From Candidatus Krumholzibacteriia bacterium (GTDB lineage Bacteria > Krumholzibacteriota > Krumholzibacteriia > LZORAL124-64-63), in assembly GCA_050174015.1 (NCBI GenBank), contig JBFXKG010000002.1, positions 218,252 through 282,251 on the forward strand: DNA of 64,000 bases, read 5' to 3'. Shown here piece after piece: positions 1 to 11,440 of the stretch. The notes below the pieces were generated by a model. That model had not been told where the DNA came from, made no database searches, and saw nothing but the letters and a program-made list of their open reading frames with translations. The position numbers and the translations under genes were made by a program. Each line of letters opens with the position of its first letter. The stretch's first letter is position 1.

Positions 1-1461
<1,461 letters not shown>

Positions 1462-1504
1462 GGATCCTCCGTGATCAGGGGGGCGGGGAAGGCGATCGTC
1501 GGGC

Positions 1505-2902
1505 CTACTGGTACTCCATCCCCAGGAAGATGATGCTGAAGATGATGGCGCCGACGGCGAGGGGCGCGGCGAATCGGATCAGGACCCGCCAGCCGGCGAA
1601 CCAGGCGTGGGCGTCGGGGTGTCCCTGGCGGACCTCGTCCCAGGTGTCGGACCGGGTCATGATCCAACCCGAGAAGACGGCGATGAGCAGGCCGCCGATC
1701 GGCAACAGCCAGTTGGCGGCCAGGTAGTCCAGGCTCCAGATCAGACCCTGGCTGGCATCCTTGCCGAAGAGGTTCAGGTCGGTCACGGGCCGCCACCCGC
1801 CCATGGCCAGGGCATTCAGGACCCCGAACACGGTGACTCCGGCTCCCATGGTCAAGGTGGCCCGGCGCCGGTCCCAGCGCAACTCGTCGATGGAGTAGCT
1901 GCTGATGACCTCCATGAGGGAAATCGTGCTGGTCAGGGCCGCGAAGGCGACGAGGACGTAGAAGAAGGTGGCGATGATCGCCCCGCCCGGCATCTGGTAG
2001 AACACCGTCGGCAGCGTGGTGAACAGGATGCCGGCGCTGGCGGTGACCTCGAAGTCGTAGCTGAAGATGATGGAGAACATGATGACGCTGGCCAGGACGC
2101 CGACCAGGGTGTCCAGCAGGCAGATCTGCAGGGCGGAGCGGGGGATGGAGTGTTCCTTGCCCATGTAGCTGCCGTAAGTGAGAATGGCGCCCATGCCCAG
2201 GCTGAGGGAGAAGAAGGCCTGCCCGAGGGCCTCGAGGATCGAGCGGCTGCTCAGCCTGCTGAAGTCGGGATCGAAGAGGAAGTCCATGGTCCGTCCGAAG
2301 CCGGGCGTGGTGGTGGCGTAGACGGTCAGGGCGATCAGGATAAGGAAGAGGGCGGGCATCAGGACGACGGCCACGCGTTCGATCCCCCCCTTGACCCCGA
2401 AGTAGACCGCCCCGATGGTCAATGCCATGAACAGGGCCAGACCGGTGACCTGGGCGGGGCCGTCCGCCAGGTAGCTGCCGAAGTAGGCCTGGAGGGCGCC
2501 GGGATCCTGGGCGAGATCGCCGAGGGATCCGCTCAGACCCATCTGGATGTAGCGGAGGGTCCAGCCGGCGACGACGGCGTAATAGGACAGGATGACGAAA
2601 CCGGCGGCCACCCCCAGGAAACCCAGGGCCTGCCAGGCCCTGCCTCCTGGCCGGCCTTCCCCCAGGACCCTGAACGTTCCCACGGGATTCAGCTGACCCC
2701 GCCGGCCCAGGATGATCTCGGCCATCATGATGGGCAATCCCACCAGGGCCACCGCCCCGAAGTAGACCAGGACGAAGGCCCCGCCCTGGTTCTCGTAGGT
2801 GATGTAGGGGAACTTCCAGAGGTTGCCGAGACCGACGGCGCTCCCGGCTGCGGCCAGGATGAAACCGAGTCTGCCGCTCCACTGTCCACGGGGTTGGGCC
2901 AC
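1505..2902 (-). CDS. Sodium-dependent transporter, neurotransmitter:sodium symporter (NSS/SNF) family
   Basis: RLGFILAAAGSAVGLGNLWKFPY, GGAF and ALGQAFFSLSLG motifs; many TM helices; GTG start with AAGGAG RBS. Confidence 0.95.
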   Translation of the reverse strand: MAQPRGQWSGRLGFILAAAGSAVGLGNLWKFPYITYENQGGAFVLVYFGAVALVGLPIMMAEIILGRRGQLNPVGTFRVLGEGRPGGRAWQALGFLGVAAGFVILSYYAVVAGWTLRYIQMGLSGSLGDLAQDPGALQAYFGSYLADGPAQVTGLALFMALTIGAVYFGVKGGIERVAVVLMPALFLILIALTVYATTTPGFGRTMDFLFDPDFSRLSSRSILEALGQAFFSLSLGMGAILTYGSYMGKEHSIPRSALQICLLDTLVGVLASVIMFSIIFSYDFEVTASAGILFTTLPTVFYQMPGGAIIATFFYVLVAFAALTSTISLMEVISSYSIDELRWDRRRATLTMGAGVTVFGVLNALAMGGWRPVTDLNLFGKDASQGLIWSLDYLAANWLLPIGGLLIAVFSGWIMTRSDTWDEVRQGHPDAHAWFAGWRVLIRFAAPLAVGAIIFSIIFLGMEYQ

Positions 2903-3060
2903 GGGATGCTCCTTAGGCGGGTTGGGACCTCGGCCGGTTCATCCGGCCCGCGGATGTGCGGCGGGCGGATGCACCCGGCTCAGGGAAGGGGGAGATTAGC
3001 GGCGGCGGCGGGGCGGTGTCAAGCGGCCGCGGCGCATCCTTCGGGCGCCGCCGGCAGGCC

Positions 3061-3090
3061 TTGCCAGCCCGGCGGGGCCTGCCCTATAGT
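3061..3090 (+). promoter_or_regulatory. Putative sigma70 promoter of the YIP1/peptidase genes
   Basis: TTGCCA-N18-TATAGT about 40 bp upstream of ATG 3132. Confidence 0.55.
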
Positions 3091-3131
3091 GGTTCCGCCC
3101 CCGATCGCAGTTTTCGTCGAAAGGAATTCCC

Positions 3132-3674
3132 ATGGCCGGCATCCTCGACCGCATGATCCGGGCCGCAAGGCTGGACGCCTCCCTCTACGAGGAAGTTGAG
3201 AACGACGAGAGCACCCTGCCCCAGGCTCTCGGCGTGGTGGTCCTCTCCTCCGTCGCCGCAGGCATCGGCAGCTCCGGGGTGGCCGGTCCGGTCGGCCTGG
3301 TCGGCGGCGCCCTGGCCGCCCTGGTGGGCTGGGTCCTCATGGCCTTCCTGGCCCATTACATCGGCACCACCATCCTGGCCGAACCCCAGACCCGGTGCTC
3401 CATCGGCCAGGTATTGCGGACCACCGGATTCGCCTCGGCCCCCGGGGTCATCCGCGTCCTGGCCTTCATCCCCGTGCTGGGCACGCTGATCAACCTGGTG
3501 GTGGGGGTCTGGATGATCGCCACCTTCACCGTCGCGGTGCGGCAGGCCCTCGACTACTCCGGCCTGGGACGCGCGCTGGTCGTGGTCATCCTGTGCTTCG
3601 TGGCCTACCTGATCCTGATGGGCCTGCTGGCCCTGATGGGGATGGGCGGCCTGTTCCTGGTGGCGGCCCGTTGA
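3132..3674 (+). CDS. YIP1 family membrane protein
   Basis: 180 aa, about 5 TM helices; RMIRAARLDASLYEEVE and RTTGFASAPG patterns; AAGGAA RBS. Confidence 0.75.
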   Translation: MAGILDRMIRAARLDASLYEEVENDESTLPQALGVVVLSSVAAGIGSSGVAGPVGLVGGALAALVGWVLMAFLAHYIGTTILAEPQTRCSIGQVLRTTGFASAPGVIRVLAFIPVLGTLINLVVGVWMIATFTVAVRQALDYSGLGRALVVVILCFVAYLILMGLLALMGMGGLFLVAAR

Positions 3675-3700
3675 GGGTCCTCGATCCCGGAGGTGCATCC

Positions 3701-4957
3701 GTGCTCCGTCGCTCTTTCCTCCTGTCCGTCCTGCTGGCCCTGGCGGCCGGGGCCCACGCCCAGGATGCCGTCTATCGCCCCAGGAACGAGTACCCGGTCC
3801 TGGACGAGATGACCGCCGCCCGCAAGGCCGGCCAGGCGGTCTTGGATTCCCTCCGGGCGGCGGTGGACGCCCGTTATGCCGCCGAGGCCGAGGCGCGCAA
3901 GGACGCCGCCCGCGACCTGCGCATCGACTGGTCGGGGATCGAGGCGCCGCGCGTCCCCGCCGAATTCGCCACCCTCTGGCACAATCCCCCGGTCCCGCAG
4001 TACTACACGGGGACGTGCTGGGCCTTCGGTTCGGTATCCCTGCTCGAGAGCGAGGCCAGACGGCTGGGCGGCGTCGAGGTGAAGCTGTCGGAGATGTGGA
4101 TCGTCTACTGGGAGTACGTGGAGAAGGCCCGCAGCCACCTGCAGGAATTCGGGCACACGCCCGTCGAGGAGGGAGGCCAGGACCACGGCACCCTGGAGAT
4201 CGCCGCGAAGTACGGGGTGGTCACCCACGAAGCGTATCCCGGGGTCGTGGCGGCCGACGGGCGGCACGACCATCGCGATCTCATCGCCGAGCTGAAGGGC
4301 TACCTGGAGTTCGCCCTGGAGGTCGGGATCACCGACCTGGACCGCAACCTCCAGGTCGTGCGGGGCATCCTGGACGCCCACCTGGGACCCGTCCCCGCGA
4401 AGGTCGTCTGGCAGGGGACCGAATACGCTCCGGTGGCGTTCCTGCAGGACGTCCTGAAGATCGATCCGGCGGCCTACGTGTCCTGCGTCTCGAGGATGGA
4501 CACCCCCTTCGGGGAGCGGGTGCTGCTGGACGTCCAGGACAACTGGCGCCGGAAGGACGACTACCTGAACCTGCCGCTGGACGATTTCTCCAGGGTCATC
4601 AAGGACGCCCTGAAGAACGGCTTCACCGTGGCCATCGGCGGGGACAACAGCGAGCCGGGCATGGACGGCCTGTATGACAAGGCCGTCATCCCCGAATGGG
4701 ACATCCCCTCGCAGTTCATCGACCAGGCCAGCCGGGAGTTCCGCATCGTGAACCGGACCACCGGCGACGATCACGGGGTCCACCTCGTGGGGTTCAAGCG
4801 GCTGGGCGGCCGGGACTGGTACCTGGTGAAGGATTCCAACCGCAGCAGCCGCCTCGGCGAGCACAAGGGCTACTACTTCTGGGACGGGGACTACATCAAG
4901 CTGAAGATGCTGAGCTTCACCGTCCACCGCGACGCCCTCGGCAAGCTGTTGCGCTGA
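3701..4957 (+). CDS. Secreted papain-like cysteine peptidase (family C1, aminopeptidase C-like)
   Basis: Signal peptide ending AHA-Q; QYYTGTCWAF catalytic Cys; DDHGVHLVG catalytic His; GTG start at 3701 after GGAGG. Confidence 0.85.
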   Translation: MLRRSFLLSVLLALAAGAHAQDAVYRPRNEYPVLDEMTAARKAGQAVLDSLRAAVDARYAAEAEARKDAARDLRIDWSGIEAPRVPAEFATLWHNPPVPQYYTGTCWAFGSVSLLESEARRLGGVEVKLSEMWIVYWEYVEKARSHLQEFGHTPVEEGGQDHGTLEIAAKYGVVTHEAYPGVVAADGRHDHRDLIAELKGYLEFALEVGITDLDRNLQVVRGILDAHLGPVPAKVVWQGTEYAPVAFLQDVLKIDPAAYVSCVSRMDTPFGERVLLDVQDNWRRKDDYLNLPLDDFSRVIKDALKNGFTVAIGGDNSEPGMDGLYDKAVIPEWDIPSQFIDQASREFRIVNRTTGDDHGVHLVGFKRLGGRDWYLVKDSNRSSRLGEHKGYYFWDGDYIKLKMLSFTVHRDALGKLLR

Positions 4958-5040
4958 CCCGCCGGGTCGGGAACATTCGAAGGGGACCGGGCGTATCAAT
5001 CTCCTGGTCCCTTTTTCACCTCGATTCCCGGGAGGGTCCG

Positions 5041-5739
5041 ATGTCCGGCAAGATCCGCGTGGTCTGGCAACGCTTCTCGCGCAGCTGGCTGTTCAGCATG
5101 GCCCTCATGGGGCTGGCGGTCTTCTCCTTCCGCTCGGCGGTCGCCGACTGGAACGACGTGCCCACCGGCTCGATGCAGCCGACCATCCTCATCGGCGACA
5201 GGATCACGGTGAACAAGCTGGCCTACGACCTGCACGTCCCCTTCACGAAGTTTTCCCTGCTTTCCTGGGACGATCCCGGCCGCGGCGACATCGTCACCTG
5301 CTGGTCGCCCGCCGACGGGGCCCGCCTGGTGAAACGGGTGGTCGGGCTGCCCGGCGACACCATCGCCATGCAGGGCGGGCGGCTGATCATCAACGGCCGG
5401 CCGGTCGCCTACCGCAGGATCGACCCGCCCGCCGCCGCGGCCGCCATGGGGGAGGAAGCGGCGGGCAAGATCTTCCTCGAGGAGGACCTGCCGGGCTGCA
5501 GCCACGTGGTGGCTTGGCAGGAGAGCGGAGGGTCAGCCCGCGACTTCGGCCCCGTGACCGTGCCGGCGGACAGCTACCTCATGCTCGGGGACAACCGGGA
5601 CTTCAGCGCGGATTCCCGCTACTTCGGCTTCGTGCCGCGGCGGGACGTCTGCGGCAAGGCGTTCGGGGTGGCGTTCTCCCTGGATCGCGGGAACCACTGG
5701 GCGCCGCGGTGGTGGCGCGTGGCCGAGCGCCTGATCTGA
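5041..5739 (+). CDS. lepB: Signal peptidase I
   Basis: VPTGSMQPT (Ser), LVKRVVGLPGD (Lys), GDNRDFSADSRYFG. Confidence 0.95.
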   Translation: MSGKIRVVWQRFSRSWLFSMALMGLAVFSFRSAVADWNDVPTGSMQPTILIGDRITVNKLAYDLHVPFTKFSLLSWDDPGRGDIVTCWSPADGARLVKRVVGLPGDTIAMQGGRLIINGRPVAYRRIDPPAAAAAMGEEAAGKIFLEEDLPGCSHVVAWQESGGSARDFGPVTVPADSYLMLGDNRDFSADSRYFGFVPRRDVCGKAFGVAFSLDRGNHWAPRWWRVAERLI

Positions 5740-5740
5740 G

Positions 5741-7297
5741 TCACCGCACCAGCGGCCGGGAAAGGCCCTTCCGCTGGAAGAGGTTCAGGACCTTGCCCCC
5801 GGCGACCGGGATCCACACCTGCTCGTAGTTCCGCTGGAACGCCTCGTGGCGGACGATGTCGAGTTCGCGGTCCAGGGGCGGGATGAGGCCGGTGCGGGGC
5901 GCGGCGGTGATGTCGACATTGCCGATCAGGATGTAATCGGGGCGCCGGAGCAGGACCAGCGCCCCGTCGGTCTTCTCGTGGCCGGCGTAGCCGTGGGTGA
6001 AGACGACGTCCAGGTGGGCGATTTCCGGATCGACGAGGCCGTAGAAGTCGTAGCACACCGCCCCGGTCTTCCACGGGATGTAGCCGGCGGGTCCCAGGGC
6101 GATGGTCGCTCCGTCTGGCAGCAGCTCCGCCAGGGCGTCTCCGGCCAGGAACCATCCGCCCAGGTTGGCCTCGCTCATGTGGGCGGCGACCAGGCGCCGC
6201 TCCCTGCCCCAGATCGAGCCCGGCAGCAGGGCGAGCCCGAAGATCACCGCGACGGTCAGGGCGCTGCGCGGCCCGGAGAACCAGCCGGTGGAGGTGGCGA
6301 CGGCAACGCTCAGGGCGATCAGGATGGGCAGGACGGGGACGTAGAAGCGGAACATCCCCAGCATGTCCCCGCCGATGGCGGTCACGTAGGTGGACCACAC
6401 CAGGACAACGCCCGCACTCAGCAGGAAGTCCCGGCGTCCCCGGGAGGGGACCTCGCCCCGGACGATCCCCGCGACGACCAGGACGATCAGGGCCGGACCG
6501 TAGACCCGCAGGAAGGACAGGGTGTAGGGGAGGCCCGTCCTCAGCTGGCCGGCCAGATCCCCGGTCTTGGCGTAATAGGTGTTCGGCAACCACCAGCCGT
6601 AGGTGGCGTGGCGCCAGAGGAAGAACGCCGCGGTGCCCAGCGCCAGGATGGCCGGCCCCACCCAGGTGACCGGTCGCCGCAGGGGAGAGACCGCGGGCCT
6701 CAGGCCTGCCCCCGGCAGCAGGGACCACGCCAGGAAGATCCCCGCCAGGGCGGGGCCTTCGGGCCTGGTCAAAACCATCAGCAATCCGGCCAGGCCCGCG
6801 GGCAGCGGCCGGCGATCGAGCGCCGAACGCCAGGCCAGGACCGCCAGGAAGGTGAACAGGGGCGTTTCGAGGCCTGCGAGCATCCAGCAGCCGACCGCGC
6901 CCGTGGCGGCCGTCAGGAGCTGGGCCGCGCGGCCTGACCAGGGAGTGCGGTAGGTGTGGTCGGGCGCCAGGCGTCTGACGCAGCCGGGCAGCAGGACCAG
7001 CATCATCCCCGTGAAGAAGACGCCCAGGAGCCGGGCCCAGAGCAGGGGCTCGATCCCCAGTTCCAGCCCGCCCGCGAGCAGCAGGACCCACAGCAGGTTG
7101 CTGTAGCCCTCGACCGCTTCGCCGGGATTGAAGACCAGGCCGTGCCCGGCCACGAGATTGGCGGCGTAGCGCAGGGAGATGTAGGCGTCGTCGACGACGA
7201 AGCGGAAGGCCAGCCCATGGATCACGGCCAGGAGCAGGGGCGCCACGGTCCAGGCCAGGATGGAGCGGCGATGAGCCGAGAAGACCCCACCGCTCAT
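5741..7297 (-). CDS. Polytopic membrane protein, probable GT-C fold glycosyltransferase
   Basis: DDAYISLRYAANL..GHGLVFNPGEAVEGYSNLLW, LTRPEG and PNTYYAK motifs; many TM helices; ATGA overlap with the upstream gene. Confidence 0.7.
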   Translation of the reverse strand: MSGGVFSAHRRSILAWTVAPLLLAVIHGLAFRFVVDDAYISLRYAANLVAGHGLVFNPGEAVEGYSNLLWVLLLAGGLELGIEPLLWARLLGVFFTGMMLVLLPGCVRRLAPDHTYRTPWSGRAAQLLTAATGAVGCWMLAGLETPLFTFLAVLAWRSALDRRPLPAGLAGLLMVLTRPEGPALAGIFLAWSLLPGAGLRPAVSPLRRPVTWVGPAILALGTAAFFLWRHATYGWWLPNTYYAKTGDLAGQLRTGLPYTLSFLRVYGPALIVLVVAGIVRGEVPSRGRRDFLLSAGVVLVWSTYVTAIGGDMLGMFRFYVPVLPILIALSVAVATSTGWFSGPRSALTVAVIFGLALLPGSIWGRERRLVAAHMSEANLGGWFLAGDALAELLPDGATIALGPAGYIPWKTGAVCYDFYGLVDPEIAHLDVVFTHGYAGHEKTDGALVLLRRPDYILIGNVDITAAPRTGLIPPLDRELDIVRHEAFQRNYEQVWIPVAGGKVLNLFQRKGLSRPLVR

Positions 7298-8463
7298 GCC
7301 GGCTCCCCGGGATCGCCCTCGAATTCCTGGACGTCGACGAGTCGGCGTCTCAGCTCGGCGATCATCGCGCCGGCGGGAACCACCAGTTCCTGGTTCAGCG
7401 TCCCGCGGCGGGTGACCTCCCCCGCCGCCAGCATCCGGGCGATGATGGCGGCAGGATAACCCGTCATGCGCATCATGGAGCTGATCCCGTTCTCCTGATC
7501 GGCGTGGTCGATGATGCGGATGGAACGGCGCACCGCGCGGCCGCCCTGGTCCCAGCCCTCGGCCTCCGCCAGCAGCAGGACGACGTCCGGCCCGGGAAGG
7601 TCCAGTTTCTCCTGCATCACCGCCGCCAGCATCTCGCGGGGCGACACCGCCCCGCCGGCGAAGTCGCGCGGTCCTGCGTCGCACAGGCCGAGCTCGTTCA
7701 GCAGCCGGAACTGGGCGCAGTGGCCCTTGTAGCGGATGGTCTTGTAGTCGAGGTTCTCGACCCTGCCCTCGAGGGTCTGCGGCAGGGTGGAGATGCCGCC
7801 GCTGGTCTGGAAGGCCTCCAGCTCGCCGAAGGGTTCGGGGAAGCGGAGCGTCTCCAGTTCGGTCAGGGAGGGGATGGTCCGGATGCGGCCGTCCCGGATG
7901 ACCAGGGCCGGCTCGACGTACTCGTTGATCAGTCCCTGGACCGAAAACACCACCTTGTAGTTCATGGGCGGCAGGGGCCGGGCGGGCAGGCCGCCGACCC
8001 TCAGCTTGAGGCTGCGGCACCGCTCGAGACCCGTCGCCAGGTGGTAGCCCAGGATGCCGGCCAGGCCCGGGGCCAGGCCGCAGTCGGGGACCACGGCGAC
8101 GCCCCGGTCGCGGGCTTCGTCCGACCGGGCGAACTCCCTGGCCACCACGTCGTTGTTCCCGCCGAGGTCCAGGAAGTGGGCCCCGGCCGCGATGGCCAGA
8201 CCCGCCAGGTCGTCGTTGTACCAGTAGTTCACGGCGCTCAGGGCGACGTCGGCTCCGGCCAGCAGGGGGGCCGCGAGGGCCGGGTCGCGCACGTCGCCGG
8301 CCACGGTGGTCAGGCGCGGATCGTCCAGCTTGGCGGACAGGGCCGCCAGGGCCTCGGGGTTGGCGTCCACGGCCGTCACGGCAGTCGTGCCCCGGGCGTG
8401 TTTCAGCAGATCGAAGGCCATGGCGGTGCCCTGGAGACCGGCGCCGAACAGGACGTATTTCAC
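7294..8463 (-). CDS. Saccharopine dehydrogenase / lysine 6-dehydrogenase family oxidoreductase
   Basis: GAGLQG Rossmann motif, FLDLGGN, DCGLAPG, LEAFQTSGG, YKTIRYKGH, MMRMTGYPA. Confidence 0.9.
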   Translation of the reverse strand: MKYVLFGAGLQGTAMAFDLLKHARGTTAVTAVDANPEALAALSAKLDDPRLTTVAGDVRDPALAAPLLAGADVALSAVNYWYNDDLAGLAIAAGAHFLDLGGNNDVVAREFARSDEARDRGVAVVPDCGLAPGLAGILGYHLATGLERCRSLKLRVGGLPARPLPPMNYKVVFSVQGLINEYVEPALVIRDGRIRTIPSLTELETLRFPEPFGELEAFQTSGGISTLPQTLEGRVENLDYKTIRYKGHCAQFRLLNELGLCDAGPRDFAGGAVSPREMLAAVMQEKLDLPGPDVVLLLAEAEGWDQGGRAVRRSIRIIDHADQENGISSMMRMTGYPAAIIARMLAAGEVTRRGTLNQELVVPAGAMIAELRRRLVDVQEFEGDPGEPA

Positions 8464-8573
8464 GGTGGCATTCCTTTCACTGACGGAGGCGCGCCCGGGG
8501 GCGACCGGCCCGAAACCCGGACCCAGGGGCAGGATAGCGCGGATCGCTCCCCCGGTCATCCGGCAATCGCCGC

Positions 8574-8606
8574 CCAACGAACCTTTGACACCAACGAACC
8601 TTTGAC
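8574..8606 (+). repeat. Perfect 16-bp tandem direct repeat in a divergent promoter region
   Basis: CCAACGAACCTTTGAC at 8574-8589 and 8591-8606. Confidence 0.9.
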
Positions 8607-8630
8607 CTGGCAACCGGTGGCCGCTAATAT
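8602..8630 (+). promoter_or_regulatory. Putative sigma70 promoter for the fumarate hydratase genes
   Basis: TTGACC-N17-TAATAT. Confidence 0.6.
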
Positions 8631-8671
8631 CCACCGGTCGCGTCAACGACCCATTTTCCCGAGGAGCTCCC

Positions 8672-9556
8672 ATGGACGCCAGACTGCTGCAGCAGAATCT
8701 CCTGGAGCTGATCCGCCGCACGTCGGCGGAACTGCCCGCCGACGTCATCGGCGCCATCGACAAGGGGTGGCGCAACGAAGCCAAGGACAGCAACGGAAAG
8801 TACGCCATGGGGGTGATCAGGGACAACATCCGGCTGGCCCGGGAGAAGTCCCAGCCCCTGTGCCAGGACACCGGGACCATCATCTGCTACGCCGACCTGC
8901 CCGACTGGTGCGACGAGTGGACCTTCGTGAAGGCCTACGAGAAGGCCGTGGTCCAGGCCACCAAGGTCGGCTACCTGAGGCAGAACTCCGTGGATTCCCT
9001 CACCGGGAAGAACAGCGGCACCAACCTCGGTCCCGGCAGCCCCTCCTTCCACCTGCACCGGACCAGGGGCAAGTCCCTGACGGTCAGGATGATGCTCAAG
9101 GGCGGAGGCTGCGAGAACACCAGCTGCCAGTACAGCCTGCCGGACACCCGCCTCGGCGCCGGCCGGGACCTGGAAGGGGTCCGCAAGTGCCTGCTGGACG
9201 CCGTCCACCAGGCCCAGGGCAAGGGTTGCGGGCCGGGCATCCTGGGCGTCTGCGTCGGCGGGGACCGGGGGACCGGGTACGTCGCGGCCAAGGAGACCCT
9301 GTTCCGCAAGCTGGACGACAGGAACGACGATCCCGAGCTGGCCAGGCTCGAGGCCCGGGTCATGAAGGAGGGCAACAGCCTCGGCATCGGCCCCATGGGG
9401 TTCGGAGGTTCGACGACCGTCCTGGGGGTGAAGGTCACCCACCGGAACCGGCTGCCGGCCTCGTTCTTCGTTTCCATCGCCTACATGTGCTGGGCGTTCC
9501 GGCGCAACGGCATCGTCCTCAGCGAGGGCGGGAAGATCACCCGCTGGCTCTACTAA
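8672..9556 (+). CDS. Fe-S fumarate hydratase / tartrate dehydratase, alpha subunit
   Basis: PLCQDTG, KGGGCEN, GKGCGPG, GIGPMGFGG, CWA motifs. Confidence 0.93.
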   Translation: MDARLLQQNLLELIRRTSAELPADVIGAIDKGWRNEAKDSNGKYAMGVIRDNIRLAREKSQPLCQDTGTIICYADLPDWCDEWTFVKAYEKAVVQATKVGYLRQNSVDSLTGKNSGTNLGPGSPSFHLHRTRGKSLTVRMMLKGGGCENTSCQYSLPDTRLGAGRDLEGVRKCLLDAVHQAQGKGCGPGILGVCVGGDRGTGYVAAKETLFRKLDDRNDDPELARLEARVMKEGNSLGIGPMGFGGSTTVLGVKVTHRNRLPASFFVSIAYMCWAFRRNGIVLSEGGKITRWLY

Positions 9557-9574
9557 CCCGAAGGAGGCTGGATC

Positions 9575-10138
9575 ATGCTGCTCGAAGCACCGTTCACGGA
9601 AGAGAAGATCCGCGCCCTGAAGGTGGGGGACAGGGTGGAGATCACCGGTCTGATCTACACCGGCCGCGACGCCGTCCACAAGTACCTGCACGACGGCGGC
9701 AAGCCGCCCGTGGATCTCAAGGACAGCATCATCTACCACTGCGGACCGGTGGTGGTGAAGGAGAACGGCAAGTGGGTGGTCAAGGCGGCCGGGCCAACCA
9801 CCAGCATCCGCGAAGAACCCTATCAGGGTCCCCTGATGGAGCAATTCGGGATCCGCGGGGTCATCGGCAAGGGCGGGATGGGGCCCAAGACCCTCGAATA
9901 CTGCCGGAAGGTGGGCGCGGTCTACTTCCACGCCATCGGGGGGGCCGCCCAGGTCCTCGCCGAACGGGTCGTCGACGTGCCCGGGGTCCACATGGCCGAG
10001 CAGTTCGGATCTCCGGAGGCCATCTGGGAATTCCAGGTCGAGCGGTTCCCCGTCGTGGTGACCATGGATTCCCACGGCAATTCCCTGCACGCGCAGATCC
10101 AGACCGAATCGCAGAAGCGGTTGGGCGGCATGCTGTAG
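9575..10138 (+). CDS. Fe-S fumarate hydratase / tartrate dehydratase, beta subunit
   Basis: TGRDAVH, YHCGPV, AGPTTSIR, IGKGGM, MDSHGNSLH. Confidence 0.93.
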   Translation: MLLEAPFTEEKIRALKVGDRVEITGLIYTGRDAVHKYLHDGGKPPVDLKDSIIYHCGPVVVKENGKWVVKAAGPTTSIREEPYQGPLMEQFGIRGVIGKGGMGPKTLEYCRKVGAVYFHAIGGAAQVLAERVVDVPGVHMAEQFGSPEAIWEFQVERFPVVVTMDSHGNSLHAQIQTESQKRLGGML

Positions 10139-10171
10139 TCGACACCGAACCGGACGCCCGGGAGGCAAGGC

Positions 10172-11440
10172 TTGGAATACGGACACCACGGCGACGACCA
10201 GACCGTCGATCTGGCGGGCATCCTGAACATCCTGTGGAGGCGGCGCTGGCTGGTCCTGTTGCCGCCCCTGCTGGGGCTGGCCGCCGGGCTCCTCTACGGA
10301 AAGTTCGGCACCAAGCGCTGGGAAGCCTACGCCACCATCCGGCCGGGCATCACCGCCTACGATCCCAGCGGCGGGCCCGTCCGGCAATGGCAGCTCAAGG
10401 ACATCACCCGCTGGTACGAGCAGGAACTCTACCGCAAGGATCTGGTCGCCCGCCTCGGATTGCCGGAAAGCGAGCGTCCGGTCATCACGGCCGAGTTCAT
10501 CGCCCAGGGATTGACCAACCTGCAGGGCGGCGAGGTGATCACCCTGTGGACGACGGCCACGAGCCCCGCCCTGGCGGCCTCCCTGCTCGACAGCTCCATC
10601 ACCCTCTTCAACGCCTACGCCGAGTCCGATTCGGTGAGCAGCCAGATCAAGCTGACCAGGGACGGACTGCGCCTGAACATCCTCGAACTGGAGAACCAGC
10701 TCCTGGAGATCGACCGTCTCGAAGGGAATCTGGAACTGAGGTTCCAGGCCGCCCGCGCCGAATCCCTCATGGTTGCGGAGCAGGCGCGCGAGATCGGTTT
10801 CGACATCGAATACCAGAAACGCCAGAAGTCCTATTACCTTGACCGGGCCGGGAACGAGGAGGGGTCCGCCTCGGGCTACGAGGCGGAGCTGGATCGTCTG
10901 GACGGTGTCATGGCCCAGGTGGCCTCGTCCGATCCCGGGTCCCGGGACGAGGTTCCTGGCTGGGTCCGGCGCGACGCCGTTCTCGACGGCGGGGACGTTC
11001 TTCAGAGCCTGGCCCAGGCTCGGGTCGATCTCATGCAGGCGCTTGGCGACGCCAGGGCTGCGGCCGACAGCATGGCCCTGGAGGCCGACCTGGCCGACAT
11101 CAGGGTCGGGCGCCTGGAACTCAAGCGCCGGGTGACGGTCGCAGCGAAGGTGCGCGAGGTCGAGGAGAAGATGGGGCAGGCCTACCTGGAGAAGACCATC
11201 GGCATCCCCGCCCAGCGGCGGGGCGTGGAACTCGAGATTTCGGCCCGCAAGAGCAAATTGAGCCTCCTGTCTCCCCTGCAGAAGGTCGGCGGGACCGTGG
11301 TGTCGGACAAGCCCGTCAGACCGAGGCCGCTCCGGGCCATCCTGATCCTTGTGGTCCTGGGCGGGTTCGGCGGCTTCGTCCTGGCCTTCGTCTGGGATTA
11401 CCTGGCGCGCAACCGGAGCCGGATCTTTCAGTCGGCCTGA
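10172..11440 (+). CDS. Wzz/polysaccharide co-polymerase (chain-length determinant)-like protein
   Basis: N-terminal VDL..IL.ILWRRRW plus TM, long coiled coil, C-terminal PVRPRP plus TM; TTG start with GGAGG. Confidence 0.75.
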   Translation: MEYGHHGDDQTVDLAGILNILWRRRWLVLLPPLLGLAAGLLYGKFGTKRWEAYATIRPGITAYDPSGGPVRQWQLKDITRWYEQELYRKDLVARLGLPESERPVITAEFIAQGLTNLQGGEVITLWTTATSPALAASLLDSSITLFNAYAESDSVSSQIKLTRDGLRLNILELENQLLEIDRLEGNLELRFQAARAESLMVAEQAREIGFDIEYQKRQKSYYLDRAGNEEGSASGYEAELDRLDGVMAQVASSDPGSRDEVPGWVRRDAVLDGGDVLQSLAQARVDLMQALGDARAAADSMALEADLADIRVGRLELKRRVTVAAKVREVEEKMGQAYLEKTIGIPAQRRGVELEISARKSKLSLLSPLQKVGGTVVSDKPVRPRPLRAILILVVLGGFGGFVLAFVWDYLARNRSRIFQSA

